This document shows positions 50,101-63,213 of a stretch of DNA of 64,000 nt, in pieces. The position numbers and the translations under genes were made by a program. Location: IMG/VR virus record IMGVR_UViG_3300031992_000092, positions 1 to 64,000 of that record; one strand, written 5' to 3'. This DNA is from a virus. Under the pieces are notes generated by a model. The model did no database searches. It saw nothing but the letters and a program-made list of their open reading frames with translations, and was not told the origin of the DNA. How positions within the stretch are numbered: the first letter of the stretch is position 1; every line of letters starts with the position of its first letter.

Positions 50101-53100
50101 TTCTTTAGAATTCTTTAATAAATTTTCATAATATTCTTTATTACTAGATTGAAGATTTTTATAAGCATTTTCAATAGCTTTTTCACTAGAAGTTGCAGCT
50201 TTTTGAGCTCTATCAATTTCACTTTTTAAAGCAGATTCTTCTTCACTTCCTGCGGCTGCATTATTATATTGATCAATTAAAGAATTAATTTTTTGATTAT
50301 TTTCTTGTTTAACTCTATTAATTTCAGTTAAATAATCATTTTGAGCTTGAACTTGTGCTTCGTTATAAGCATCTACAGCAGAATTATATTTAGACTGTAA
50401 ACTATTAAATACTTCTGTATTATTTAAAGCAAATCCAGCAGAATCAAATGCAACACCTTGTCCCGCAAGATTTGTTTTAAGCTGCTCTGCTTCTTCTTTT
50501 TGTAATGCTAATTTCTTCTCTTGGGCTTGAATTTGTGTCTTTAATAAAGCAATCTGTTCACCAAGATTTTTAGCATAATCATGTCCAGTAATTCTATCTT
50601 GCTCATTAGCAATTCTAGTAAACTGATTTGCTAATTTTTCAAGAATAGTATTAATACGCTCATATCTATCAGCTTCATCATCAAGATATTCTTTCATATC
50701 AAGATTTGAACCAGTAACAGCTTCAGGATTTTCAACATAATCTTTAAGAGTTTTTTGTTTTTCTTTTTCTGTTTTTTCTTTTTCTGGTTCAGGAATGCCA
50801 ACTTTTTCTAAAGTAGCAGGAGTTTCAACGCCTTTAGCTTCAATTTGAACTGCCCCAGCACGTAATCTATTAGCCAAATTTCTTAAAGCTTCTGCCTTAG
50901 CAGCTTCACTCTCTGCTTCGTCAAGAAGAGTTTGTTTACCATTCTGTTGAGATTGAATAATTTCTTGTGCTCTTTGTTTAGCCGCAGCAAGAGCTTGACT
51001 AATCATATTTCCAACAGCACTTAGAATATTGCCAGAACCAGAATAACCACTAAAAATACTTTGTGTATTTTCAATAGTTCCTTCTAATGCTTGAACAGCT
51101 TGGGCAGCCGCATCAGTATTAGCAGCTCCAGCAGCCTTAACTGCTTGAGCAACCTGATAAGCGTCTTGAGCCATTCTTCTAAAACTAGTACGTCCATTTT
51201 GTGCGAGTTGATTTAGATTTTTACTAGCACTATCAGTTCCAGAAGCAATATTTTCAGCCATTGTTTTATTAGCTTCATCATCTGATTGTACTAAAGCTTG
51301 TGCTACTTTATCTTGCGCCAATCCTCTTTCTTCAAGTAAACTCATACTTGTTTCAGTTAAATTTTGATTAGCTTTAGCAATTAAATCATTTGCTTCCTGT
51401 TCTGTATGAACGTGTCTTTCGGCTTCCTCTCTTAACATTTGAGATTGAGTATCATAAGATTCAGCCATTTGTTCTAGATAATCAGCATAATTATTTAATT
51501 TACTACGTTGAGCTTCTGCCATAGACTGAGCATCAGCAGAATGAAGTCCCATAATACTTTGAACAACTTCAGCATTAAGTTGAATCATTCCATCAGCAGT
51601 AATAGAATATCCTTCAAGAATACCTGGAAATGCTAATGCTAATTCGTCAACTTTATCTGCTGCTACTACGAATTCGTCTCCTACATCTCCTGTAGCATCA
51701 ACAATATCATCCATAATATCCATGATACTATTAGCTTGATCTAATAAATCAGCACCCATATCTATTGAAAGACTAAAGGACTGATTTTCCATATCTCTAG
51801 CTAAATCATAAAGAAGTTGTAAATCATTATAAGCAGCTTCTATGTCTTTATCATCTAAATGAAATACTAAATCATCATAATCTTCAAGTTCTTCTCTAGC
51901 TTCAACAACATCATCAACTTGACCTCTTAATTTTTCATATTCAGAAGAAAGATTTTCAATATCTTGCATTTGTAATGCATGTTGTTGGTCATTAAGAGTA
52001 TCATTTAAAGCATAAATAGCTTTTTCAGCTTCAATACCATTTTCAGCTAATAATTCATAAACGCTACCAACAGAATCAGATGAAATTTTAACAGCATCTA
52101 AACTTTCTTGTAAGTTTTCAGTAACAAATACGCGATAATCTTCTGCTGTTAATTCAGTATCTTCTCTTACTTTTTGTAAAGCATCTGACATTTTTCCTTG
52201 AAAATCTGATATTTGATCTTCAAGATCACCATTTAAACGGAAATCTATTGTAGATTTATCTAAATTTTTTAAACCTTCATTTCAAGCTTCTACAAATTCA
52301 TCAGCACTTTCAAAACCAAGTTCTTTAAAAATATCTTCGTTTTCATAAAATGCTTGTTTTACTTTATCTACAAATTCAGGTCCACGGAATTCCATATATT
52401 CAGTAAAATCAATTCCAGTGAAATTAAAAGATCGAGAACTATAATCAAAAGCATTTGCTCCACCTTCACCAAGAGTAGAAACAAGTTTATCGTTAAAACT
52501 TTGAGCTTGTTCCATATATGATTTAAGCAAGTCTTTGTCTTGTGTAATTGCTTCTAAAACACCTGCTTGAATTAGTCCTTCTTTAATTTCTTCAGAACTA
52601 ATTTCTTTCATCTCTTCATCAGAACGTCCAGTTAATTCTTGATACTGTCCTTTATTAAAACTCTCTGATTGACGATTAATAGAATTACTGACCTGTCTAT
52701 ATAATTCACTTTCTGTATCATTAAGAGTATTATTAACTAACTGATTAACAAAATCTTTTTCATTATCGTTTAATTTTTGATAATCTTCATTATTAACTAA
52801 TGCAGACTGAACTAAAGCATTACTTTGTTCTTGCGCAGCAACGGTATTTGCCTGTATTTTTGTTCCAAGGTCTAGTAAAGCATCTCTATGTCGTGATAAT
52901 AACTCATTTCCAGTATTTATACTATCTACAAGATTGTTACTTGCTAATTCCTCACCTGTAGCATTAGGATTCTCAAATAAGTAATTTACAATATTTTTAA
53001 GTTGTTCATCGTCTAAATTAATAGATGCGGGACCACTAAGTTGAGCAGTTCCATACTGATAACCTGTAATTTTAGTTTCTCTATCAAAACCAGAATTAGT

Positions 53101-56100
53101 ATCATGAATAATTTTTTCATTCTCTGCTTGAGCTTGTTCTCTAACTTGTTGAGCTTCAATAACTTGATTTTTTGCTACATTTGCAATTTGATTTTCTACA
53201 ACCTTTTTCATTCCTTCTTCTGAAAAAGTTAAAGCTCCAGTTTCAGAATCAGTTATTATATATTGTGCTAATTCAGGGAAATTCTTTATTAAATCTAAAA
53301 CTTTTTGATTGGCAGTTACTAAAGCTTGAGTTCATTCAAGAGTTCCTTTTGTTAAATTCTCAAAAGTTGAATCTAAATTTTTAACTTCCTCTAAGCCACT
53401 TGTTAATTCATCTAATTTAGATTTGGCTTTTGCAGTATTCTCACTAGCAATTCTTAAATTCTCATTAGCCTTTTCTAAAGCAATATCATATCTATGGACT
53501 CAATCATAAATAGCTTTAATAGCTGCAACTAATACAGCAATTCCAGCTACTATTGCTGCTGCTATTGGAAGTATAGCACCTAAACTTGCTCCAAAACCTA
53601 AAGTCCCTGCTGTAGCTGCTTCTGCAGCACCTGTAAAAATACCAAAATGGCTACTTAAACCTGATAATATATTTGCAATTGTTGTAGAGTTTCCTAAAGC
53701 AGTAACTACTGTTTTAAAACTTCCAAAGCCTTCTTTTATATCTTTAAAAGATATAACTAACATTGGAAGTGAAGTTAATAAATTACCTACTATTTTATCA
53801 AATTTTTCAGCATTAGATAAACTATCATCAGAAATAATATTTCCTAATGAAGTAAAACTTTGTCAAACAAACACTAAGCTTGTTAAACCATCTACTAATT
53901 GAAGAACAGAACGAGTTTGTTCTTCAAAATTTAATTTAACTCCAAAATCTTTATTGACTTCAAGTTGTTGTTTATAAAGAGTTTCAGCATCTAAAATTTC
54001 AGCATCTCCTAATTGAGAGCGTAATCCTTGTTGCTTCCCTCCAGCTTGATCATTATAATCTTGAATTAAATCTGTAGGATCAACATATGAGTCTTTTAAT
54101 TCTGATAAAATATTTTGCTGCTTTTGAGCATCTTCTATTACATCATCTAATTGTTCAAATCCACTTATTAATTTATCTAATTTTTGTTTTCACTTATCTG
54201 TAATTTCTTCATTATTAAAAATTTCTGCTTTTAATTCTTCTAATCTTTTAGAAGCTTTATCACTACCAATATTAGTTTCATCAAATAATTCTTCTAGTTG
54301 TGAAATATATTCTTTTAATCCAGTAGAACTAGCTTGAATTTGTCCTTTTTCTGTAAGAGATAATTTAACACCAGCTTCTTTTAATTGAGCTTCTTTTGTT
54401 TCTTTCTCAATTAAATTTTCTAAATCTACTCTTCTATTGTTTTGAGCAGCATGGAGAGCATTTTCTGCTTGAACCGTTTTTTCAAGTAATTCATTATATT
54501 CTTGTTGATTTTTAGCAGAGGCATCGGCAATATTTTTACCTGCGGATGATTGTGTAAATTGATAAGCTCCAGAATTACTCATTTCAGTGGCTCCAAGAGA
54601 AGCCAATAAGTCTCTATTATATTTATCTGATGCTTTACCCTGTTTATTTTGTTCTCTATTAAATAAAAATTCTCCAATAGAAGAACCAATCTCACGATTT
54701 CCTAATTTTAAGAACATGGAAGTAAATGCGGTCAAGACTGGCAAGCCTCCACCGACACTATCAACAACATTCTGTAAAATATTAACAAAAGTTGTTAAAG
54801 TCTCAATAGCAGGTTTATAATTATCAGCATTAAATAAAGAATTAATTAAACCTTCTCCAGCAGCAGATAATGATTGCATTTTAGCTACTGCGGAATCCAT
54901 GTAAATTTCTTGCTGTTTATCTAAAGTTCCAATTGCACCTTCAGCAGTTTCTAATGTATCTTTATACATATCTGCATTTGACATTAAGGTCTGAAACATA
55001 TTAACTTGCTGTTTACCAGCTACCTGAATTGCTAATGCTTGTTGTTGAGCTCTGTCAAGTTCATCTCACTTATCCATTAAATCTTCGAGAATTTCACCCA
55101 TTTCCCGCATTTGACCATTAGCATCTAAAACCTCTACACCAACAGACTTTAATGCTCCAGAAACTTTACCTAAATCAACTCCATCTTCAAGAGTTTCTCC
55201 AAGTTTTAAATCTCCAATACGAGCATAAATACTACGTAAAGCATTACCAACTGTTTCAGGAGCTTGACGAGTAACAGAAACCATTGTTGATAATTGTGCG
55301 GTCAATTGATTTTGTGATACGCCTAAATCATGAGCTAATGATGCAACACGAGTTTCAGCAGTAGCTAATTCATTAAGGTCAGATGCACTTTCTGCGGCAA
55401 CTAGAGCCATAGCATCCAAAGAATCTTTAGCTTCATCAATTGAAAGTTTATATCCATTCATTAATGAAGTAATTTGTGAAGAAGCTGTTTCAGAACTTTG
55501 TTGAGTAACATTTGCTACTTCATTCGTAAGTTCTGCTAATTTCTTTTGATCTTCAACATTAAAACCGTTTTGAGCAAAAATTTGAGCAGCATCTACGATA
55601 TCAATAGTAGAACGACCTAAATTTTGTCCAGCTTGACTAGCTCATTCTGCAAATGATTTCATTTGTTCGTTACTTTGACCAGAAACAATTTGAATATTAT
55701 TTAAAGAAGTATCTAAATCTTGAACATATTCTACAGAACGACGTAGATTATTAGACATTGTCTCAAAAATACTAGCAGTAATACCCCAACGAACAGTATT
55801 ACCAAAAGTATTTACAATTTTATCAACAGCACTACTAATAGTATTAAGATTAGTATGAATTCTTCCTAATCCACCAACCATATTATTAATAGCAATTTGA
55901 CCAGAAGCACCAGCTTTATCTAAATCACTAATTAGTGTATCTAATCCAATATTTCCAATTTCTTTTTGTAATTGTTGTCCATTAATAACACCAAGTTTAG
56001 GATTAAAAGCTTTAGTTAAAGCGTCTTGGAGTTTCTGTACATTAGCAAGAGACTGGTCTAAACCAAGGTGATCTGCACCAGGGTCTAAATGCATTTGATT

Positions 56101-56214
56101 CAAAGTTGTTGTAACTTGAGTCAAAGATTTCTGTAATTGTTCAATACCCTTTAAATCAGCAGAAGTTTTTAACTGATATTCAATTGTATTTGAATACTTA
56201 CTCAATGTTCTCAC
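47179..56214 (-). CDS. tail tape-measure protein (about 3,011 codons)
   Basis: Ten track ORF pieces from 56214 down to 47179 are all in the same frame (junction at 53500 is TGA, with no stop nearby). Long coiled-coil stretches. A hydrophobic/Gly-rich segment (LGFGASLGAILPIAAAIVAGIAVLVAAIKA, around 53500-53763) is typical of tape-measure proteins. Lies between tail-tube-side genes and baseplate genes. Start codon uncertain (GTG at 56214). Confidence 0.65.
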
Positions 56215-56302
56215 CTTCTTCTATATAAAGGTGCTCATTGACTAAGGTAATTCCTTTTATATAAAACAAAATGAGAACCTCCTTTGTCTCCTATAGTTTA
56301 GC

Positions 56303-56347
56303 TATAAAAAAATAGCCTTATCTTTATTATCTAAAAATAAGGCTATT
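56303..56347 (-). terminator. terminator: 11-bp stem AATAGCCTTAT / ATAAGGCTATT plus T-run
   Basis: Perfect inverted repeat at 56311-56321 and 56337-56347, with an A8 run (56303-56310) giving a U-run on the minus transcript. Confidence 0.5.
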
Positions 56348-56370
56348 AATTTTATTTAATTTTGACCAAA

Positions 56371-56847
56371 CTAATTATTAGGATTTGTCCAACGTTCAGT
56401 AATATTTTCTAATTGTTTTATATTTTCTGAACTAGCTACTTCTTGTAAACGTTCAGTAGCCATATTTACAATATCTCCACTTACAGTTTGTAACATATCA
56501 AAAATTCCACGAGTAGATAATTGATAATCTTTTAAGTCATTATACCACTCTATTCCGCAATTAATAATATAATCAAATTCTTCTGCATGTTCATTATAAA
56601 GTTTATCGTAATATCCATCTTTAACAACTTTATCAAAGGCTTCATTAATATTAATTGTAACTAAAGCAGCTAATTCTTCTTTTGTCTCTTGGTAAAACAT
56701 AATAGTAGAAAATACTACTAGTGCTCTTTCAAAAATAAATCCTTTAAGATATCCATCTTTATTTGCTTCTTGAAGAGAAAAAGTAATAATGTCTGTAATA
56801 TCTTGAGAACTTAAAACTCTTTTTTCTTCTACTTCTATATTAATCAT
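56371..56847 (-). CDS. hypothetical protein (158 aa), possibly a tail assembly chaperone
   Basis: Intact ORF with AGGAGG RBS. Acidic. Lies between the major-tail and tape-measure genes. Confidence 0.4.
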   Translation of the reverse strand: MINIEVEEKRVLSSQDITDIITFSLQEANKDGYLKGFIFERALVVFSTIMFYQETKEELAALVTININEAFDKVVKDGYYDKLYNEHAEEFDYIINCGIEWYNDLKDYQLSTRGIFDMLQTVSGDIVNMATERLQEVASSENIKQLENITERWTNPNN

Positions 56848-56925
56848 TTTTCCTCCTAAGTAAAATTATTTACAATTATATTATACCCAATTTTTTAGCA
56901 TTGTAAACAAAATTTTACAAAAAAT

Positions 56926-58542
56926 TTACAAAACTTTTTGCATTAATTGAGATATTTCCCGCATTGTAATTTCTACTCTAATCTTAGTATTATACATTAA
57001 ATCTAAACTTCTTCTCCAAAGTAAATCTGAACGATCTTGAGCATCATCTAAAATTCCATCTCCCTCAGTATCTACTTGCCATAGTTGTTGATTTAAGTTT
57101 GAGTAGGTTGAACGAACTAATCCTAAATTTTTACCATTACTATTTGCAACTTCTGATAAACCAACAGATGAAGAAGAATTTAAAAAATGTTCTATAAAAT
57201 TAGACATGGTTCAAAAATTACCATTAATAACCATATAAAAACTTTGGTCATCAGTATCTTCAAAACCAGCTAAAGCATTTAATAAACTTCTATATCCAAT
57301 ACTTTTAATTAAAAATTGTCATTTATTATCTGCTTCACTATAATCATTATTTCTACTTATTCCAGAAGCTATTTGTAGTATAGCTCACATATCTTCACCA
57401 GTATAACCTGCTTCTCTTCCCAAGAGTGTAGACATAGGAGTTCCATCTTGAATTTTAATGGTATAAGATTTTAAATTATCAGTTAATTGCTTTTCATAGT
57501 TCTTAGCATTTGCGCCTAACGCTATTCTTAAAACTCCACCTTCATCAGTAATATCAATAGAAAAGTCTTTCTTAGCTTTCTTTTTATAATAAGCTTGTTT
57601 CTGTTTTACTTCTTTTAATATTTCTTTTAATTCACTATCAGGATTAAAATTAACTCCATAATAATTATTTCCAGTATGACTATAAGAAACTTGCTGTTCT
57701 ATAAAATGTTCAATTTGTTCGTTAGCTTCTAATGCTTTTAAATGTGAGCGGACAATGCCAACACCTTCACTAACTTCTCTCAAAGTTTTATCAGCTTCTC
57801 GTAATCAGGCAATACATTTTTTACGAACTTCATCTAATAAGAAAATATCTTTCTCAAAATGACCACTATTTGTAGAACCTGTTTTACCATGTCGAACAAT
57901 CATGCCACTTTTTATCTCTTCCTGACAAAGCGGTATCAACTGCGCCGCAAGTACTACTTTTCCCATTGCAGTATTATATTGTTCATTAGCATTATCAGGA
58001 ATTTTAAAAGCATCGTTACTATATTTACCCATTAATGCAGCAATAACTTTACCTGCGGAAGAATATCCAGCTAAACTATCTTGTCCTAATATAGAACCTT
58101 CTGTTACTTTTAACATAGTATTTTCTACATATGCATCTAACATATGTTGAGTTTCATCAGATAATGATTGTAAATAATTATTAATAGTATCTACAAAATC
58201 ATCAATAGTGTCAAATGTTAATAAATCTTTTTTTAATCTGGTAATAATTTCTCTCGGATCCTTATCCGCACTTATTTCTGTTTCATCATTATTTTCGAAA
58301 TCTTTATTAGAAATTGTAGAAATTCCTTGTAAAATTTCTCCACTGAGAAATTGAGAAACAGCTTCTTCATCTATATTATTTTGTTTAGCTATTCTTTTAA
58401 TTTTTTCTTGTCTTTTGGCTAAATTTAACAAATGTCTTTCTAAAATTTCTGTTTTTGTTTCATATCAAATTTGATTTGCTCAAGCTTCTTCGGGAATATG
58501 TTCTTGTCAGAAATGTAAATATCTAAAACTATAATTTTCCAT
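56926..58542 (-). CDS. hypothetical structural/assembly protein (~538 aa)
   Basis: ATG (rc 58540-42) after GGAGTATAAA. Track pieces 57805..58431, 57385..57783 and 56926..57207 are in one frame, joined by TGA. Confidence 0.45.
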
Positions 58543-58561
58543 TTTATACTCCTGAAAAATC

Positions 58562-58600
58562 TAAAAAAAAAGAGAGGTGCTTGTAAAAACACCTCTCTGA
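58562..58600 (-). terminator. terminator: AGAGAGGTG / CACCTCTCT hairpin plus T-run, downstream of the major tail gene
   Basis: 9-bp perfect inverted repeat at 58571-58579 and 58590-58598, with an A8 run on the plus strand. Confidence 0.6.
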
Positions 58601-58612
58601 ATATTAATTAAA

Positions 58613-59788
58613 TTATGACTTTGTAACTGTAACAGTATAAGTCTTAGTAGCGGTTCCCTTTGTAACCTTAACTGTAACTGTATTCTCTCCAGTAGCCCAA
58701 GTAGCAGCATTACCATTAGTAATAACTGTTGTACCATTTTTAATTTCAATGGTAGCAGTATTATCTGTAGCAATAGCACTAATTGTACCATTGGCTGTAG
58801 TTGTTGTACCAGTGTAAGTTAATGTTTCAGCATCGAATGTTGGGCTAAGAGTAACTCCACTAATTGTTAATGCAGAAAGAGTAGCATCATCTTCATCAAC
58901 TGGAGTTTCTGTAGCTTCGATGTTTTCGTCACCAATAATCTGGAAAACGACAACACGCTTTTTGGTTTTATCAAACTTTGTATAGTCAGGGAATGCATCC
59001 ATAACGAATGAGAATGTTGATGGATCACCAGTATTAGCCATATTGAAAGTAAATGAAGATTGAATCTTAACATTAGGGAAGATAATCTCAACTGGCATAT
59101 CCTCACCAGAGTATTCTTCACGGAATAATCCAGAAGCTTCTACATAGTAGTTTCCAGCAAAGTTATCAGCATCAATAGTAATCTGTTTAACGCCAGCAGT
59201 TTTAACTACATATGTATCAACACGAAGAGTGTGTCCAACATATCCAGCAGCACCATCAAAGGTAATTTCAATTCCATCAGAACCTACTGTATGTTCACCA
59301 TCAGCAATAGAAGTTGTTGCAACAGGAACAACACCAGCACCAGCGTTATCTAGAACCATACCAAAAATAGGAGCAGTTCCAGAATTAACATAAAGAACAA
59401 CATCTTCTCCACCAGCTGTATCAGCATCAACTTTAACTTTTCCACCTGCTAAAATAGGAAGATCGAAAGTTGTGTGAACATACATTTTCTGGTCACCAGT
59501 ACCAGCATCAATAAGTCCAGCACCAGTTAGAACAGCAATACCCATAGGAGAAAGAAGAGCATCTTCTACGTTAAATGTAACAGTACGTTCGCCTTCCCAA
59601 GCAATAAGACGAGGATTACCACGACCACCACGAGCATAAACTAACTCAGATGTTCCCTCGACGCTTGAAGTCTTAGCTGTATCAATATAAAGTACAGGTT
59701 GACCTTTTGCGAAAGTAGTGTTACCAATTTGAGTCTGGGTACGAGCTTTGAATACAACGTCACAAATTTCACGAATACCAAAACGCAT
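58613..59788 (-). CDS. major tail protein with C-terminal Ig-like (Big_2-type) domain
   Basis: Continuous ORF without TGA and with higher GC than its neighbours. C-terminal ...ATLSALTISGVTLSPTFDAETLTYTG... is a bacterial Ig-like domain signature common on major tail proteins. Probable ATG at 59788 after AGGTGA; the track starts at GTG 59800. Followed by a strong terminator. Confidence 0.55.
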   Translation of the reverse strand: MRFGIREICDVVFKARTQTQIGNTTFAKGQPVLYIDTAKTSSVEGTSELVYARGGRGNPRLIAWEGERTVTFNVEDALLSPMGIAVLTGAGLIDAGTGDQKMYVHTTFDLPILAGGKVKVDADTAGGEDVVLYVNSGTAPIFGMVLDNAGAGVVPVATTSIADGEHTVGSDGIEITFDGAAGYVGHTLRVDTYVVKTAGVKQITIDADNFAGNYYVEASGLFREEYSGEDMPVEIIFPNVKIQSSFTFNMANTGDPSTFSFVMDAFPDYTKFDKTKKRVVVFQIIGDENIEATETPVDEDDATLSALTISGVTLSPTFDAETLTYTGTTTTANGTISAIATDNTATIEIKNGTTVITNGNAATWATGENTVTVKVTKGTATKTYTVTVTKS

Positions 59789-59907
59789 CTTAAGTATCAC
59801 CTATTCCTTTCTTTTAATCTCGGTAATTTTTTACAATGCCATTGTTTAATCACCATTCACTAAAGGAATAGCGATTCTCTATAATCAAGATTCCAACAGA
59901 ATCAAGA

Positions 59908-60666
59908 CTAATTATATAAATTTCTTTGTCAATTGTCGGGTTCATCCATATTTTCAGTGGATGCAAATGGTTGTAAAGCAATTTTTTGATATAAATCACA
60001 TTCTTGTTTTGAAATATATCTTGTAAAAGCATCGTAGAGTTGAAAAGGAGTATAATTATAAAATATATTTACATCCATTTGTAACCCAATAGACAAAATA
60101 GAAGTATAAAAACTAAATAATGATTGAAAATTGTCTGAAGATTTTTTATTAGTTCTTTGTCTGGCTGCTTCTAATTTTTTAGCAATTTTTTCCGCTAATT
60201 CGTTTGCAGGATTAAATTTATTTTCTCTACTATCTGGCGGATCAAACAATTCTTTAACAACAGTAGAAAAATTTTCAAAGTTATACATTTGAATCATACC
60301 TATAACAGTATTATTTTCATCCTCTTGTAAACTAAAATTTATACTATTTTGAGTATAAAATACATTATAAATAGGGAAACATAATTCAAAAAACTTATCA
60401 AAAGAATTTTTAATTAATCCTTCATCAGTTTTTATTACCTCTAATAAAATTTGAAAATTACTAAATTCATTTAATTCAGAATTGCCCTCTTTTACTGAGG
60501 AAAAAAAATCTTCTGGACTCCCAATCATTTTTATAGCTGTAAAAAATTCATTTTCTCCAAATTGAACTATATCTTTAATTGTAGGCTGAATAATAAATAT
60601 TCCACAAGTAGGAATTTTTACTTGACTTCCTGAAAGATAAAGTCCACTATCTCCTTGTAACCTCAT
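59908..60666 (-). CDS. hypothetical tail/neck protein (252 aa)
   Basis: ATG after GGTAGTGA. Track ORF 59929..60675 continues through TGA to TAG at 59908. Confidence 0.45.
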
Positions 60667-60678
60667 ATTAATCACTAC

Positions 60679-61290
60679 CTATTGAACATGTTCGCGAACA
60701 TCTTCATTAGTAATTATTTCATTTTTATCTTCATCATTTTCATGTGTTGCAGAATATTGAAGAACAATTCCTCCTCAATCTTCATTCATTATTAAACGCT
60801 GAGCGCCAACAAAACGAAGTTTTCCAATACCAGTTAAACGAGTATTGTTTAAAATTCCATCAAGATATCCCGCAATAGCAATTGGACGAGTTTTATAATT
60901 ATCCAATTCTCAACAATCAGTATTACAAAAAATAGAAAAATTTATAGTCACATTTCTAAATTCAGGATTAGAAGTTGGGAAAAAATCTGTAAATTCAATG
61001 ATTATATAAGATTTAACCTCTCCAAAGTCTTTAATTTTTAATTTTGGAGTTAAAGAAATATAACCCTCTTCTTTTAACTTTCCTAAACTATACTTATCTA
61101 TAATTTGTAAATATTGACCTTGACTTTCATCAAGACAATCAGGAGTGTTAATAATTAAAAGTCTTTTTAAATAATTACTATAAGGTTTGTTTTCTACAAA
61201 TAATTTTCTTAATATTAATTCTTGGTCTTTTTCACAAGAAAGGAAGCTAGAATGAAAATCTGTCATTATTTGTTGTGATACTCTTTTCAT
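60679..61290 (-). CDS. hypothetical neck/tail protein (203 aa)
   Basis: ATG after AGGGAGG. Track ORF 60910..61290 continues through TGA to TAG at 60679. Confidence 0.45.
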
Positions 61291-61302
61291 TTTAAACCTC
61301 CC

Positions 61303-62427
61303 TTATAAAGATTTAATATTAATTGTTTTAACATACTGTTCATTATCTGTAATTAATCCAAGAGTGAAAGAAGATTTCTTTCTAGATATAATTTCAATAG
61401 TACATTGTGTGCGGGAAGATTTGACAATTTTAGCCATTCTCTCATCAGGAATTGTAAATTCTCCCTCAACTAATGACGTATAAGTAACAATATCATAAGG
61501 ATATACTTCATCAGGTCCTTGAATGTATTGTACTGGATCTGCAATTGTAATTTCTTTTTCATATACAGTATCATTTATAATATATTTAATTTTAAAACTA
61601 CCAATTGCACTTTCTAATATATTAATAGAACAAATTTGAGCATTTTGATAAGTATCTATTAATATGGCTTTTGAATCATTATCCGCAAGTACCCATTGAC
61701 CAGATTCATCATAATAATTTGAATTAATCATATAACTAATATTTGAATCTTGTTTAACTATATCTTGTCCAATAATTATATCATTTTCATCTTCTATTGG
61801 GACAGAAGGTAAATTTTTATATTCATTGGTATAATCTTCTTTAATTACTAATTCAATAACTCCTGGAGTTGAAATAGAATCAATAGTTTGAACTTCTCAA
61901 GGTAGTCCCGCAATATTAATTTTAGTAAATCTGTGAAAATAATCTAATGTATTTTCATCCTTCTTAATATAGATTCTTCCAGATAAATTCATTTCATTTA
62001 AATTAATACTGCGTTTTTGAAACCATCTAATATCAGTTTCAGTTGGACCTTGAAAATAGATTCAATAATTTTTATTATTAATATCAAGTTGATAACGACA
62101 TCTTATAATTTGAGCTTTTAAATATGCTGTTTCTACTAAATCTGGAAGAAGAATCATTCAATAAGTTTGATCATCTAAACATTGAAATACATCTCCAGGT
62201 TCAAGCTCACTACTAAAATCAACTGAAATTATTTTTTTGTCATAGTCCATTTTAATATTATCAGTATTTATTAAACAACGAACTATTCTTTTTAATGGAG
62301 TTTTAATTCATCTACTATTATAGTCTGAAGCTAATGCTAAATGAAAACTCCATAGTTTAGTTTGTTTTATCCGACCATTAGAATTTCCACCCCAATATTT
62401 TATTCTATTTTTTAAAGAATTAGACAT
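61303..62427 (-). CDS. hypothetical structural protein (374 aa)
   Basis: ATG at 62427 overlapping the upstream stop. Continues through several TGAs into track ORF 61303..61731. Confidence 0.45.
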
Positions 62428-62728
62428 TTTGTTTAATCCTATCTAAAAGGCTACAGCATTCAAATATTGTTCTTCTATAAAGAGTAAAATCAATATCTTG
62501 AGATACTTGTAAACCTTCTAGTTTAGAAGCACAAGTTAATAAATCTCTTTGGTCGGAAAAAAGACTACTTAACCCTAGCAATTCTACTACCAAGGTTTCT
62601 AAAGGCTTATGCCAATCTTTTTCTTCTTCCCGCATAGGAAGAAGTTTAAAAACTTGAGATAAAATTCTACTAAGATTTTCTTGTACTGTAACTGTATCTA
62701 TATCAATATTATATTTTGTCATAGTCAT
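62420..62728 (-). CDS. hypothetical protein (102 aa)
   Basis: Intact ORF. Start overlaps the upstream stop (TAATG). Confidence 0.5.
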   Translation of the reverse strand: MTMTKYNIDIDTVTVQENLSRILSQVFKLLPMREEEKDWHKPLETLVVELLGLSSLFSDQRDLLTCASKLEGLQVSQDIDFTLYRRTIFECCSLLDRIKQNV

Positions 62729-63204
62729 TAGTCTTTCTCCTTCATGATTAAATCGAAGGTAGACTCATAACTACCATCCGTTCTTTTTCTTCTACGTCTA
62801 TAAAGTCGTTGAAGATGAAAACCTCTTGTTTTATATTGTTCTTGAAGCTTTAAAAGTTTGTCAATATGACTTGCTTGACTTGTAAACTTAAAATCGCTAC
62901 CACTATATTTTTGTCGAATATTTTCAACACTAGCTAACTGATAACCAATTCATTCAACAATCATATATTGACGTAATATCATTTTTTCTTCTAAATCCAA
63001 TAAACAAGAAAACCGAGCATTTTCTAAATCTACATTAAATATGTCTTTTTTAGGAAATTCAAAGTGCGGAATGGCTGCTAAAAGAATTTCTTGAAGAAGC
63101 TCTTCTGTATCCTCTTTTGTTAATTCCATAAACATATCATCAGTAATTCCCGCAAGGAAGAAATCATACATCTCAGAGAAAGAAGTTACCTCTTCATCAG
63201 CCAT
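62728..63204 (-). CDS. hypothetical protein (158 aa), acidic N-terminus; possible head-tail connector/adaptor
   Basis: Track ORF 62950..63204 continues through TGA to TAA at 62728. Position just after the head gene and the helical acidic N-terminus fit a gp6-like adaptor, but there is no motif proof. Confidence 0.4.
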
Positions 63205-63213
63205 TTTTCCTCC

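Noticed and set aside
59801-59928. Late promoter upstream of the major tail gene (TTGACA at about 59912 on the minus strand)
   Set aside because: The only TATAAT nearby is 10 nt from the -35, which is wrong spacing. The inverted repeat CTATTCCTTT/AAAGGAATAG there has a 47-nt loop and overlaps the RBS. Not convincing as either a promoter or a terminator.
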